From Polyangiales bacterium (GTDB lineage Bacteria > Myxococcota_A > Polyangia > Polyangiales > Houyiibacteriaceae), in assembly GCA_045106895.1 (NCBI GenBank), contig JBGCFM010000197.1, positions 1-20,595 of the forward strand: a stretch of DNA of 20,595 nt, read 5' to 3'. Below, piece by piece: positions 1 to 7,945 of this stretch. The translations under genes and the position numbers were made by a program. Every line of letters begins with the position of its first letter. The stretch's first letter is position 1. Under the pieces are notes generated by a model. That model worked only from the letters and a program-made list of their open reading frames with translations, had not been told where the DNA came from and did no database searches.

Positions 1-9
1 CTGAGTCAT
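1..9 (-). CDS. Probable 5' end of a downstream gene (M-T-Q...), running off the window edge
   Basis: CAT at 7-9 (ATG on minus) lies 2 nt after the TAG stop (12-14) of the prenyl synthase, which is typical operon spacing. Only 3 codons are visible. Confidence 0.3.
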
Positions 10-11
10 GG

Positions 12-1067
12 CTATCGCTCCCGGCTGACGCAGGCTTCTGCGACGGTGAGAAGGGCAGAACGAGCTTCGGAGGCTTCGAAGGAGGCGAGGGAGTCGACGG
101 CCTTGCTGGCGTGCTCTCGCGCGAGGTCGCGTGTCGCCGCGAGGGCGCCCGTCGCCTCGAGGGCTTCGCTGAGGATGGAGCGCGCCGCGGGGGTGACAAC
201 GCTATCCGCATCGAGTCCGAGGGCGAGGATCTCGCGAACGCGTGGGTCTCGGTCGCGTGCGAGAAGCAAGGGGTGCGTCATCTTTCCTTCGCGGAGGTCA
301 GCGAAGAGACCCTTGCCGGTCTTGGATTCGTCACCGGTGTAGTCGAGGAGGTCGTCGACGAGCTGAAAGGCGACGCCGAGATGCTTGCCGTAGGTCTCCA
401 GCTCTCGTGACTGTTTCATGTCCAGTCCGCCGGCGCGGGCTCCAGCGAACATCGCCCACCTGAAGAGTGCTGCGGTCTTGCCTTCGACGATTTCGAAGTA
501 GCGTTCTTCCGTGGTCTCAACCTGACCGCGAGACTCGAGCTGAAGTGACTCGGCGTAGATCATCTCGTCGATGATATCGAGGAGCCGTTCGAGGGCGCCG
601 GGGACTTGCGCCTGTCGCACACGGCGGAGCGCGTCGATGAGAAGGTGATCGCCGCCGAAGATGCTCACGGCGTTTCCGTAGATGGTGCGAGCCGCGGGGA
701 TGCCGCGCCGAACATCGCCTTGGTCGACGACGTCGTCGTGAAGAAGGGTGGCGCAGTGAACCACCTCGACGGCGACACCGAGGGCTTTCGCCTCGTCGCT
801 GAAGCCCGTGCCAAGGCGCGACGCAAGGGCGACGCAGATGGGCCTCAGGCGTTTGCCTTCTGTGGCGAGCAAGTGGTGCGCAGCCTGGTGGACGGTTCGC
901 TCTTGGCGGTCGACACGTCCAAGCTCTGTCTCGACGCTGGCCATGTCCCAGCGGACGAGCTCCGCGAGTCGGCCAAGCCGGGCACCGAGGCCTTCGAGCT
1001 TATGCGTCCCGCAAACGCGCTCCAGGCTCTCTAGAACAGGACGGGCACTGGTTTCTGCGCGCAACAT
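12..1067 (-). CDS. ispB: All-trans long-chain polyprenyl diphosphate synthase (IspB/HepT-like)
   Basis: GKRLRP motif, first Asp-rich motif LLHDDVVD followed by RRG, GKTAALF, second Asp-rich motif FQLVDDLLD, GKGLFADLREGKMT. Small residues (A,T) at -5/-4 before the first DDxxD point to a long-chain product. GGAG RBS lies 9 nt before the ATG. Confidence 0.88.
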   Translation of the reverse strand: MLRAETSARPVLESLERVCGTHKLEGLGARLGRLAELVRWDMASVETELGRVDRQERTVHQAAHHLLATEGKRLRPICVALASRLGTGFSDEAKALGVAVEVVHCATLLHDDVVDQGDVRRGIPAARTIYGNAVSIFGGDHLLIDALRRVRQAQVPGALERLLDIIDEMIYAESLQLESRGQVETTEERYFEIVEGKTAALFRWAMFAGARAGGLDMKQSRELETYGKHLGVAFQLVDDLLDYTGDESKTGKGLFADLREGKMTHPLLLARDRDPRVREILALGLDADSVVTPAARSILSEALEATGALAATRDLAREHASKAVDSLASFEASEARSALLTVAEACVSRER

Positions 1068-1176
1068 CGCTTTTTTCTCCTTCCCAGCCGTAGCCAGGGA
1101 AGTTTCATGAATCGTTGAAAGTTATCTAGACCCGCTCCTGGATTGGGTCAAGGCCGGGAGTACGAATGAAGTCGGC

Positions 1177-2142
1177 TCAGCGCGCGCGTCCGCTGCGCAA
1201 ATAGGGGAGCACCCAGACCAAACACAGAGCGCGGGCCGCGTAAACGCAGGTGACGAGGTGCCCTTGGAGCTCCACGAGATATTCCGCCGATGGGGCCTCG
1301 TGGACGGGCCATACGAGGGCGGGGTCTTCGATGATGGCGGCGATGACGCCGACGCCGACGGCGTTAAACGCGGCAGCGACCCAGGTGGCTTTCGACACGT
1401 AGCTCCGCGAGAGAAACGTGAAGACGAGGGGCAAAAAGAGGAGGGCGAGCATGCTGCTGCGCGCCGCGTCGGGACCTGACGCGAAGCGCGCAAAGGCGAG
1501 GGCGGCCCCCATGGTGACGACGGGGCCGAGCCATGAAGGGCGAAGCCCACGCTTCTTGGCGGAGCCGCCTTTGAAGTCCGCGCGTTCCAGAGGCCAGAAC
1601 CGGTCGACGACTTCGACAAGCCAGTAGGCGTGAGCGCGCAAGGTCGCGTCGTCGACAAGTTCGGTGCTCACGCGAAGAGTCGCGCTCTGCGAATCTACGT
1701 GTTCCTCAATGACGACGAGGTCTTGATCGTCGCTCGAGTAGGCCGCTTCAAAGAGCGCGAAGAGATCCGAGAGGCCCGCGCGCTCATGCTCCGGGAGTTC
1801 GCTGGAAAACGTGAAGGCCAGCTCGAAGCCAAGGTGCACTGGCTCTTTGGTCTTGAGCGCGAGCGGCGGCGCGGGGAGCGCCTCGCCGAAAGTCGCCCAG
1901 CTCTCGCTTTCCCCTTCCGGTGGCGAAGGCGGTGCGGGAAAAGGCAGCGCCGCAGCGTCGGCGGAGCCGAGTGACACCTCCGGCGCGCTCCCGTCCACGA
2001 GGGCACATCCAAAGGTACCCTCGGCCCAATCGAGCGTGGCGTCTCCGACCACGTGGGCCGAGAGCGTCTCCGCGACATCCGCCGCGACGCTCTTCGCCAA
2101 GGGCTCTTTGGCCCGCCAAAGAATGAGCCGCTCCTCCGCCAT
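1177..2142 (-). CDS. Hypothetical membrane protein (soluble N-terminal ~200 aa, about 4 C-terminal hydrophobic segments)
   Basis: Start reassigned to ATG 2142 (MAEERLILWR), 11 nt after the TAA of the upstream dehydratase. The track's 2349 start overlaps that gene. Contains a Pro-rich linker (FPAPPSPPEG) and hydrophobic stretches WLGPVVTMGAALAFA, MLALLFLPLVFTFL, WVAAAFNAVGVGVIAAII, LVTCVYAARALCLVWVLPYL. Confidence 0.7.
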   Translation of the reverse strand: MAEERLILWRAKEPLAKSVAADVAETLSAHVVGDATLDWAEGTFGCALVDGSAPEVSLGSADAAALPFPAPPSPPEGESESWATFGEALPAPPLALKTKEPVHLGFELAFTFSSELPEHERAGLSDLFALFEAAYSSDDQDLVVIEEHVDSQSATLRVSTELVDDATLRAHAYWLVEVVDRFWPLERADFKGGSAKKRGLRPSWLGPVVTMGAALAFARFASGPDAARSSMLALLFLPLVFTFLSRSYVSKATWVAAAFNAVGVGVIAAIIEDPALVWPVHEAPSAEYLVELQGHLVTCVYAARALCLVWVLPYLRSGRAR

Positions 2143-2153
2143 TCGTAGCGTGC

Positions 2154-4130
2154 TTACTCGGCCGCGTCGCGCGCGCCGAGCAGTTCGTCCGGCGAAACGA
2201 TGCGTCCAGCGATGGCCGAAGCGGCCACCGTCAGAGGGCTCGCGAGGTAGACTTCTCCAGGGCCTGAGCGACCGGGGAAGTTTCGGTTCTGCGCGCTGAT
2301 GGACACTTGAGATTGGTTTCGCGACGCGCCTGGGCCGGCGTTGATACACGCGCCGCAGCTCGGCGGAATCACGGTGGCGCCGGCCTTGGCGAAGATCTCC
2401 GGGTAACCCATCGATTCTGCGTACTTACGGATGTTCTGGCTGCCGTACTGGATGTAACACTCGACGTGCTCGGGTACGCGGAGACCACGCTCAACGGCGG
2501 CCTTGAAGACACGCGCGTACATGTCCATGTCGCTCTTCTTGCCGCCGGTGCATGAACCGCCGTAGGCGATGTCGATGGCGATGCCCTCTTCGAGGTCTTT
2601 CATGGTGACGCCGTTTCGTGGGTCGCCGGGTGTGGCGACCATGGGGGTGACGTCCGCGAGGTCGATGGCGATGGTCTCGAGGTACTCGGCGCCTTCATCA
2701 CTCTTCAGGATTCCAGCGCGCACCGTCGCTTCGTCGATGCCGCGCTGAGTCACGAGGTAGTCGACGACGACGTCGTCGGCCTCGATGATGCCGGTGAACC
2801 CGCCAGCCTCAACGGCCATATTCGTGAGCGTCGCGCGCTCGTCGAGGGGCATCGTCGCGATGGCGGGACCGGTGAACTCAAGCACTCGTCCGATGCCCTT
2901 CGACGTGCGGAAGAAAGGCTGGCTCAAGATGTAGAGCATGACGTCCTTGGCGCTGATGCCAGGTCGCATCTCTCCGCTCAAGACGAAGCGAACGCTGTCT
3001 GGAACCTTTACGCGGACATCCTTGGTGTACCAAGAGTTCGCCATGTCCGTGCTGCCAACGCCGAAGGCAAACGCGCCGAGGACGCCGGCCATGCAGGTGT
3101 GACTGTCGGTGCCGATGACGAGGTCACCGGGCAAGGCGAGGTCTTCGACGACGGCGTTGTGGCAGATGGCTTCGGAGCCACCGGCTTCAGCTTCGCCGTA
3201 GAGCTTGAGACCGTGCTTTTCGGCGAAGCCTTTTTGGGTCGTGGCGAGGCCGTCGGCTTTTTCGAGGAGCCCCATCTCACGCTTCTCTTCGGACATCACG
3301 TCGCCGAGGAAAGTGAGGTGGTCGCGGAAGGTGTAGACGCTCTCCTTGTCCGTGACCTGCGCGTCCTGGCCGAGGGCGCCGCGGAAGAGCGAGTCGGCCA
3401 TTGGAGTCACGTATTCGTGGCTGAAACGAACATCGGAGCGGACGAAGAGCGCGTCGCCGGGCTTGACGGCGGGAGCGCCGAGCTTGCCCGCGGCGGCGTC
3501 CACGATGGCGTTCTTGGCGATGATCTTCTCGACCAGAGTCATCGGGCGCGGAGCCGTCGTGATGGCCGGAGGAGAGACCTCGCCGGCCATGCGAGCTTTG
3601 TTGTAAGCGAAGAGTCCGCCGAAGCGCACGATGTCCGCGCTGATGGCGTCGAGGCCCTGCGTGAACTCTTCGATTCCAATGGTCTCGCCGGCAATGATTC
3701 GGTCGAGGATCGAGAAGTCGGTGGTCGTCAGCAGGCCAATGTTCTGGCAGTTCTGTCCGTAGATTTTCTCGATGGTGTTGGCGACGACGAGCTGGATGCC
3801 TGCCGCTTGTTCACTGAAGGGCGCGGTCTCCCGCGACGAGCCACAGCCCTTTGAGAGGCCGCTGACGATGACGTCGAAGCCACCGTCCTTGATGCTGTCC
3901 TTTTCGATGACACCGCCCTTCAGGCCGACCATCGAATAGCGCCCAAGGGTCTCGTCGTAGTGGAAGCAAACCCACCCTGGTGTGATCTCGTCCGTGGAGA
4001 TGTTGTTCCGAAGCGGACGGTCTTTGTCGAACGCGAGGTCCTCGCCTTGGAGCTGGGCCGTGATGAGCGCGGGATCCTCTGTGAGGTAGAGGATGCGTCG
4101 CGGGAAGGAGAGTGTTTTGGGTCGGGTCAT
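2154..4130 (-). CDS. Aconitase-family [4Fe-4S] hydro-lyase, fused LeuD-like (N-terminal) + LeuC-like (C-terminal) domains
   Basis: N-half has small-subunit motifs NISTDEITP, GCGSSRETAP and the end motif IVRFGGLFAY. C-half begins PMTLVEKII and has DHL, ICH, GTDSHTC, ERATLTNMAVEAGG, YGGSCTGG, PSCGAC, NRNFPGRSG and YLASP. Start is probably ATG 4130 (MTRPKT); alternative TTG 4157. Confidence 0.9.
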   Translation of the reverse strand: MTRPKTLSFPRRILYLTEDPALITAQLQGEDLAFDKDRPLRNNISTDEITPGWVCFHYDETLGRYSMVGLKGGVIEKDSIKDGGFDVIVSGLSKGCGSSRETAPFSEQAAGIQLVVANTIEKIYGQNCQNIGLLTTTDFSILDRIIAGETIGIEEFTQGLDAISADIVRFGGLFAYNKARMAGEVSPPAITTAPRPMTLVEKIIAKNAIVDAAAGKLGAPAVKPGDALFVRSDVRFSHEYVTPMADSLFRGALGQDAQVTDKESVYTFRDHLTFLGDVMSEEKREMGLLEKADGLATTQKGFAEKHGLKLYGEAEAGGSEAICHNAVVEDLALPGDLVIGTDSHTCMAGVLGAFAFGVGSTDMANSWYTKDVRVKVPDSVRFVLSGEMRPGISAKDVMLYILSQPFFRTSKGIGRVLEFTGPAIATMPLDERATLTNMAVEAGGFTGIIEADDVVVDYLVTQRGIDEATVRAGILKSDEGAEYLETIAIDLADVTPMVATPGDPRNGVTMKDLEEGIAIDIAYGGSCTGGKKSDMDMYARVFKAAVERGLRVPEHVECYIQYGSQNIRKYAESMGYPEIFAKAGATVIPPSCGACINAGPGASRNQSQVSISAQNRNFPGRSGPGEVYLASPLTVAASAIAGRIVSPDELLGARDAAE

Positions 4131-4273
4131 GAAGCGTGAGTCGTTCTCCCCCCCCAAGGGGGGTCGGCTGCGCCGCTCATCGTCCTGGATCAGGGGGGAG
4201 CTGACTACAGGAGGGCGTGCGTAATGTCACTTAGCCCCTGTCGCTTTGCTCACAAAGAGCGACAAAGAGGGTC

Positions 4274-4987
4274 GTGAGCAGCGCATTTATCGTCGGGTCG
4301 AGCGGATACACGGGCCAGCACATGGTTCGAATAGGCCCCCAAGTGGGCTGTTCCGTCATCGCCCATGTACGCCCTGGTTCGTCGAAGGAAGAGGCGATGC
4401 GTGGGCTCTGCGAGGAAAGTGGCGCCACGTTGGCCCTGGTTCCCTTCGAAGAGGACACGTTTGTGGCTGCCCTCGAACGTCACGCGCCCACGTTCGTTTT
4501 TGCGTGTCTGGGCACGACGAAACGCCGCGCATCGGAGGAAGCCGGCGCCAACTACGAGAGCGTCGACTACGGGCTCACGAAGCTCGTCATGGACGCGTGC
4601 CTCGCCACAGCACGGCCTCCACGTTTCGTTTATCTATCCGCCCTCGGCGCGGGTCGCCCGACTTCAAACGCCTATATGTCTGTCCGGCACCGCATCGAGA
4701 CAGAGCTTCGGGCGTCGCCCTTGGCTTGGACCATCGCGCGTCCGGCGTTCATCAGCGGGCCCGATCGCGCGGAGTCGAGGCCTATGGAGCGGTTTGGGGC
4801 CGCCGCCGGCGACGGAATGCTCCGAGCCCTCGGTTTCTTCGGCGCAAAGCGCTTGGAACAAAAGTATGCCTCTCTCAGCGGCGCCGCCCTCGCCGAGGGC
4901 ATGCTCCGCGCGGCGATCCAGGACGAGGAGCAAGGGGTAAACACGGTCTGGGAAGCAGACGCGCTTCGGGCGGCGTGCCGCGCATAA
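4274..4987 (+). CDS. Atypical short-chain dehydrogenase-like NAD(P)-binding protein (YraR/TIP30-CC3-like)
   Basis: IVGSSGYTG nucleotide-binding loop, FACLGTT, VDY, YLSALGA, Y-x3-R in place of YxxxK, IARP. AAGAGGG RBS precedes the GTG. Confidence 0.78.
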   Translation: MSSAFIVGSSGYTGQHMVRIGPQVGCSVIAHVRPGSSKEEAMRGLCEESGATLALVPFEEDTFVAALERHAPTFVFACLGTTKRRASEEAGANYESVDYGLTKLVMDACLATARPPRFVYLSALGAGRPTSNAYMSVRHRIETELRASPLAWTIARPAFISGPDRAESRPMERFGAAAGDGMLRALGFFGAKRLEQKYASLSGAALAEGMLRAAIQDEEQGVNTVWEADALRAACRA

Positions 4988-5033
4988 CTCGACCTGGTTG
5001 ACGCGACCCACGGAGCCCGGCAGCCTGCCGCGC

Positions 5034-6545
5034 ATGTCGAAACCGCTCTTTGGGAAAGTCCTTGTCGCTAACCGCGGCGAAATCGCGGTCCGAGTCATTC
5101 GCACGTTGCGCGAGATGGGCATTCGGAGCGTCGCTGTTTACTCCGATCCAGACCGTGACGCGCTTCATGTACGCATGGCGGACGAAGCGTATGCCCTCGG
5201 CGGCGTGACCAGCGCGGAGAGCTACCTGGTCGGCTCCCGCATCCTCGACATTTGCCGCAAGGCCGGCGTCAGTGCGATTCACCCGGGCTACGGCTTTCTG
5301 AGCGAGAACGCTGCGTTCGTTCGTGAGTGCCAGAGCGCGGGCGTGGTCTTCATCGGGCCAAGCCCCGAAGCCATGGAGGCGATGGGGTCGAAGACCGCGG
5401 CACGCGAGAAGATGATCGCCGCCGGCGTTCCGGTCGTTCCTGGTGACAATGCGGGCAACGCCGACGACCTTGCGAAGAGCGCAGCGTCCCTTGGCTTCCC
5501 CGTCATGCTCAAAGCGTCCGCCGGCGGCGGCGGCAAAGGCATGCGTTTCGTCGAGCGTCCTGAAGACTTGGCCCTCGCGTACGAGCGCGCCTGCTCCGAA
5601 GCTCTCGCGGCTTTCGGCGACGCCACCGTTTACATCGAGAAGGCCATCGTCCGGCCGCGCCACGTGGAGATTCAGGTCCTCGCCGACCGCGCCGGCAACA
5701 CCGTTCATCTCTTCGAGCGCGACTGCTCGATTCAGCGTCGTCACCAGAAGGTCGTCGAAGAAGCGCCATCCCCGGCGAGCAACGAAGCGCTCATCGCGGA
5801 GATGGGCGCCGTCGCCGTCCGCGCCGCCGAGGCGGTCTCCTACGAAGGCGCAGGAACCATCGAGTTCCTTCTTTCCGAGACCGGCGAGTTCTACTTCCTT
5901 GAGATGAACACACGTCTCCAGGTGGAGCACCCCGTGACGGAGCTCATCACCGGCATTGACCTCGTCCGGGAGCAAGTCCGTGTCGCCGCCGGAGAAGACC
6001 TTGGCTACGGCCAGTCAGACTTGAGCAAGCGTGGCCACGCCATCGAGTGCCGCATCTACGCCGAGGACCCGGCCATGGGCTTCATGCCGAGCCCGGGCAC
6101 CATTCACACCATGCGCACGCCCGCTGGTCCCGGCGTTCGGGATGACGCCGGCGCCTACGAAGGCGTCGAGATCACGCCGCACTACGACCCGCTCATCAGC
6201 AAGCTGAGCGTGTGGGCCGCGACGCGCGAGCAGGCCGTGGAGCGAATGGAGCGCGCACTTCGCGAGTATGTCGTGGCTGGCATCGCCACGAACATTCCGT
6301 TTCATCTGCAGTTGATGCAGCACCCGGACTTCCGCGCCGGCAAGTACGACACGGGCTTCATCGCGGAGCACGAAGACGTGTTGCTCAAGAGCCGCGCGAA
6401 GGCCGACGGCGATGTGCTCGCTTTGGCTTCGGCGATTCACCAGGGCTTCCAGGACGCGGCGCAAGCGAAGAGCGCCGGCGCCTCAACCGCGTCGGGTTCG
6501 GCGACGCTGACGCCGTGGCGTTTGGGCGCTTTGACGCGGGCCTAG
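5034..6545 (+). CDS. Biotin carboxylase subunit of an acyl-CoA carboxylase (AccC/PccA/MccA family), without a biotinyl domain
   Basis: KVLVANRGEIA, IHPGYGFLSEN, KASAGGGGKGMR, RHVEIQV, ERDCSIQRRHQKVVEEAP, FLEMNTRLQVEHPVTE, ECRIYAEDP, YDPLISKL. No AMKM biotinylation motif. Start set at ATG 5034 (MSKPLFGK) rather than TTG 4998. Confidence 0.93.
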   Translation: MSKPLFGKVLVANRGEIAVRVIRTLREMGIRSVAVYSDPDRDALHVRMADEAYALGGVTSAESYLVGSRILDICRKAGVSAIHPGYGFLSENAAFVRECQSAGVVFIGPSPEAMEAMGSKTAAREKMIAAGVPVVPGDNAGNADDLAKSAASLGFPVMLKASAGGGGKGMRFVERPEDLALAYERACSEALAAFGDATVYIEKAIVRPRHVEIQVLADRAGNTVHLFERDCSIQRRHQKVVEEAPSPASNEALIAEMGAVAVRAAEAVSYEGAGTIEFLLSETGEFYFLEMNTRLQVEHPVTELITGIDLVREQVRVAAGEDLGYGQSDLSKRGHAIECRIYAEDPAMGFMPSPGTIHTMRTPAGPGVRDDAGAYEGVEITPHYDPLISKLSVWAATREQAVERMERALREYVVAGIATNIPFHLQLMQHPDFRAGKYDTGFIAEHEDVLLKSRAKADGDVLALASAIHQGFQDAAQAKSAGASTASGSATLTPWRLGALTRA

Positions 6546-6646
6546 CCCGCTCTGTCGTCTTCCACCGGAGAGGCGCGCTTGATCCTCTGAGGCACGTCTC
6601 CCCGCACCCAGCTGGGTTGTTTCGCGGTGAACGACTGGCCTCTCGT

Positions 6647-7330
6647 TCACTCCCGCATAGCCGCCGTCAGCGTGTACGAACAACGGCCAAACTTGCCGTT
6701 GGCGTCGATGGCCGAACTTGAGGGGTCCGCCACAATCCCGGCACTCCCACCCATGAAGGGAACCCCCGCAGACGCACAGCGGCAGTCGTCGCCGTAGACG
6801 CAGTCATAGCTGAACGCGCCGCAGTCGATCATCGTTAGGTTGCTGGCGGTACGAATCGAGCACGTGAGCATATCCTCACTGCAGAACGGGGAAGTGTCGG
6901 CATTGAGACGGGCGGCGTAGGACCCGTCGAAGTCGCAAGCGGGGGGCGGTCCGGCGTCCTGGCCCGAGTCCGTTCCTGCGTCGGCCGAGCCACCGTCGAA
7001 CGTTGCCGCGTCTTCGGTCACCTCGGCGTCTTCACCCGCGTCCTCTGGGGCTCCTGCGTCTTCACCGGCGTCCTCGCTGACTCCGGCGTCCATGCTGCCA
7101 TCTTGGGCGGGTCCAGCATCGCCTTCCGGTGTGGGGTTCAGCGGGACGCAGGTTTCCGCTTCGCAACGATTTCCGACCTCGCAGTCTGTGTCCACGACGC
7201 ATTCCCGCGAATCGCTGCATGCAGGGGCGAAGGCCACACCAATGGCGATGGAAATGGCGAAGAAAAGACGGCTCTGCGCGCCCCTTGAGGAAAATGTGAA
7301 CCAGATTCGCTTGTTGTCGTGGATAGGCAT
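6647..7330 (-). CDS. Predicted lipoprotein: Cys-rich N-terminal module, acidic DAG-repeat linker, 8-Cys C-terminal domain
   Basis: Hydrophobic stretch LFFAISIAIGVAFAPA followed by C38 (lipobox-like). Then CVVDTDCEVGNRCEAETC, EDAG/DAG repeats, and a C-terminal domain with 8 Cys. Confidence 0.75.
   Translation of the reverse strand: MPIHDNKRIWFTFSSRGAQSRLFFAISIAIGVAFAPACSDSRECVVDTDCEVGNRCEAETCVPLNPTPEGDAGPAQDGSMDAGVSEDAGEDAGAPEDAGEDAEVTEDAATFDGGSADAGTDSGQDAGPPPACDFDGSYAARLNADTSPFCSEDMLTCSIRTASNLTMIDCGAFSYDCVYGDDCRCASAGVPFMGGSAGIVADPSSSAIDANGKFGRCSYTLTAAMRE
7026..7075. repeat. Coding direct repeat, 20 nt, period 30 nt (EDAGEDA x2)
   Basis: gcgtcttcacccgcgtcctc (7026-7045) and gcgtcttcaccggcgtcctc (7056-7075) match at 19/20 positions. 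Confidence 0.8.
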
Positions 7331-7477
7331 CGAACGCTACTAGCAAACGGCGGGCAGGGTGTGCAAGTCGGTCGGGGCCGTGCAGCCGGCACTGCGACTT
7401 TCTTGCCGCAAAGCGCCCGCGACCTTTATCCAGGAAGAGTCGACTCCGGGCGAAGGTGTCGGCGAAAGGGCGAAAAA

Positions 7478-7906
7478 ATGAGAGCGATGGTAGCGGCATT
7501 CCTGATGGGCGCCGCGTTATTCTTCGTGCCGGCGGCGCAGGGTGATTCCACCACGCGTTTGGCCATCGGCGATCTTGGGTCCCCGCAAAACGGGATGCCG
7601 GCCATCGACCAAGCGTTGACGCTGGAGCTCCAGCGAAGTGGCGCGCAAGTCACTACCTCGTCGCGGGCGGAGTTCATCGTCACCGGAGCCGTCACACGCT
7701 TCGAGGTCGAGCGTTCACCGCGTCGCCTCTCACTCGAGTGCGAGGTGTCTCTGGTGGTCAGCGACCGCCGAGGAAACGTCCGCTTCCTTCTCAACGGACG
7801 CGCAGCGGGCCGTGGTGCACCACGCAGTCAGCTCCGAGCATCGGTTCTTCGCGCCGCCGTCCGTGGCGCGATTCGAAACCTGAACGCAGGCATCGACAGC
7901 CGATAG
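7478..7906 (+). CDS. Small secreted hypothetical protein (142 aa)
   Basis: Start reassigned to ATG 7478, preceded by AAAGGG. Sec signal MRAMVAAFLMGAALFFVPAAQG. Mature part has a helix, a beta-rich core (FIVTGAVTRFEV, LECEVSLVVSD) and a C-terminal helix. Confidence 0.72.
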   Translation: MRAMVAAFLMGAALFFVPAAQGDSTTRLAIGDLGSPQNGMPAIDQALTLELQRSGAQVTTSSRAEFIVTGAVTRFEVERSPRRLSLECEVSLVVSDRRGNVRFLLNGRAAGRGAPRSQLRASVLRAAVRGAIRNLNAGIDSR

Positions 7907-7945
7907 TCAGATGTTGATGGCCCGACGTACTCTCGAGCTGAACGA

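Noticed and set aside
2143..2349. Arg-rich N-terminal extension of the 390-aa ORF
   Set aside because: It overlaps the 3' end of the dehydratase in another frame. ATG 2142 gives normal operon spacing.
2154..4130. Calling the dehydratase leuC, acnA or acnB
   Set aside because: Domain order, length and motif changes fit none of these cleanly, and no leucine biosynthesis genes are adjacent. Gene symbol left blank.
4875..5975. 366-aa minus-strand ORF opposite the biotin carboxylase
   Set aside because: Antisense shadow of a well-conserved gene.
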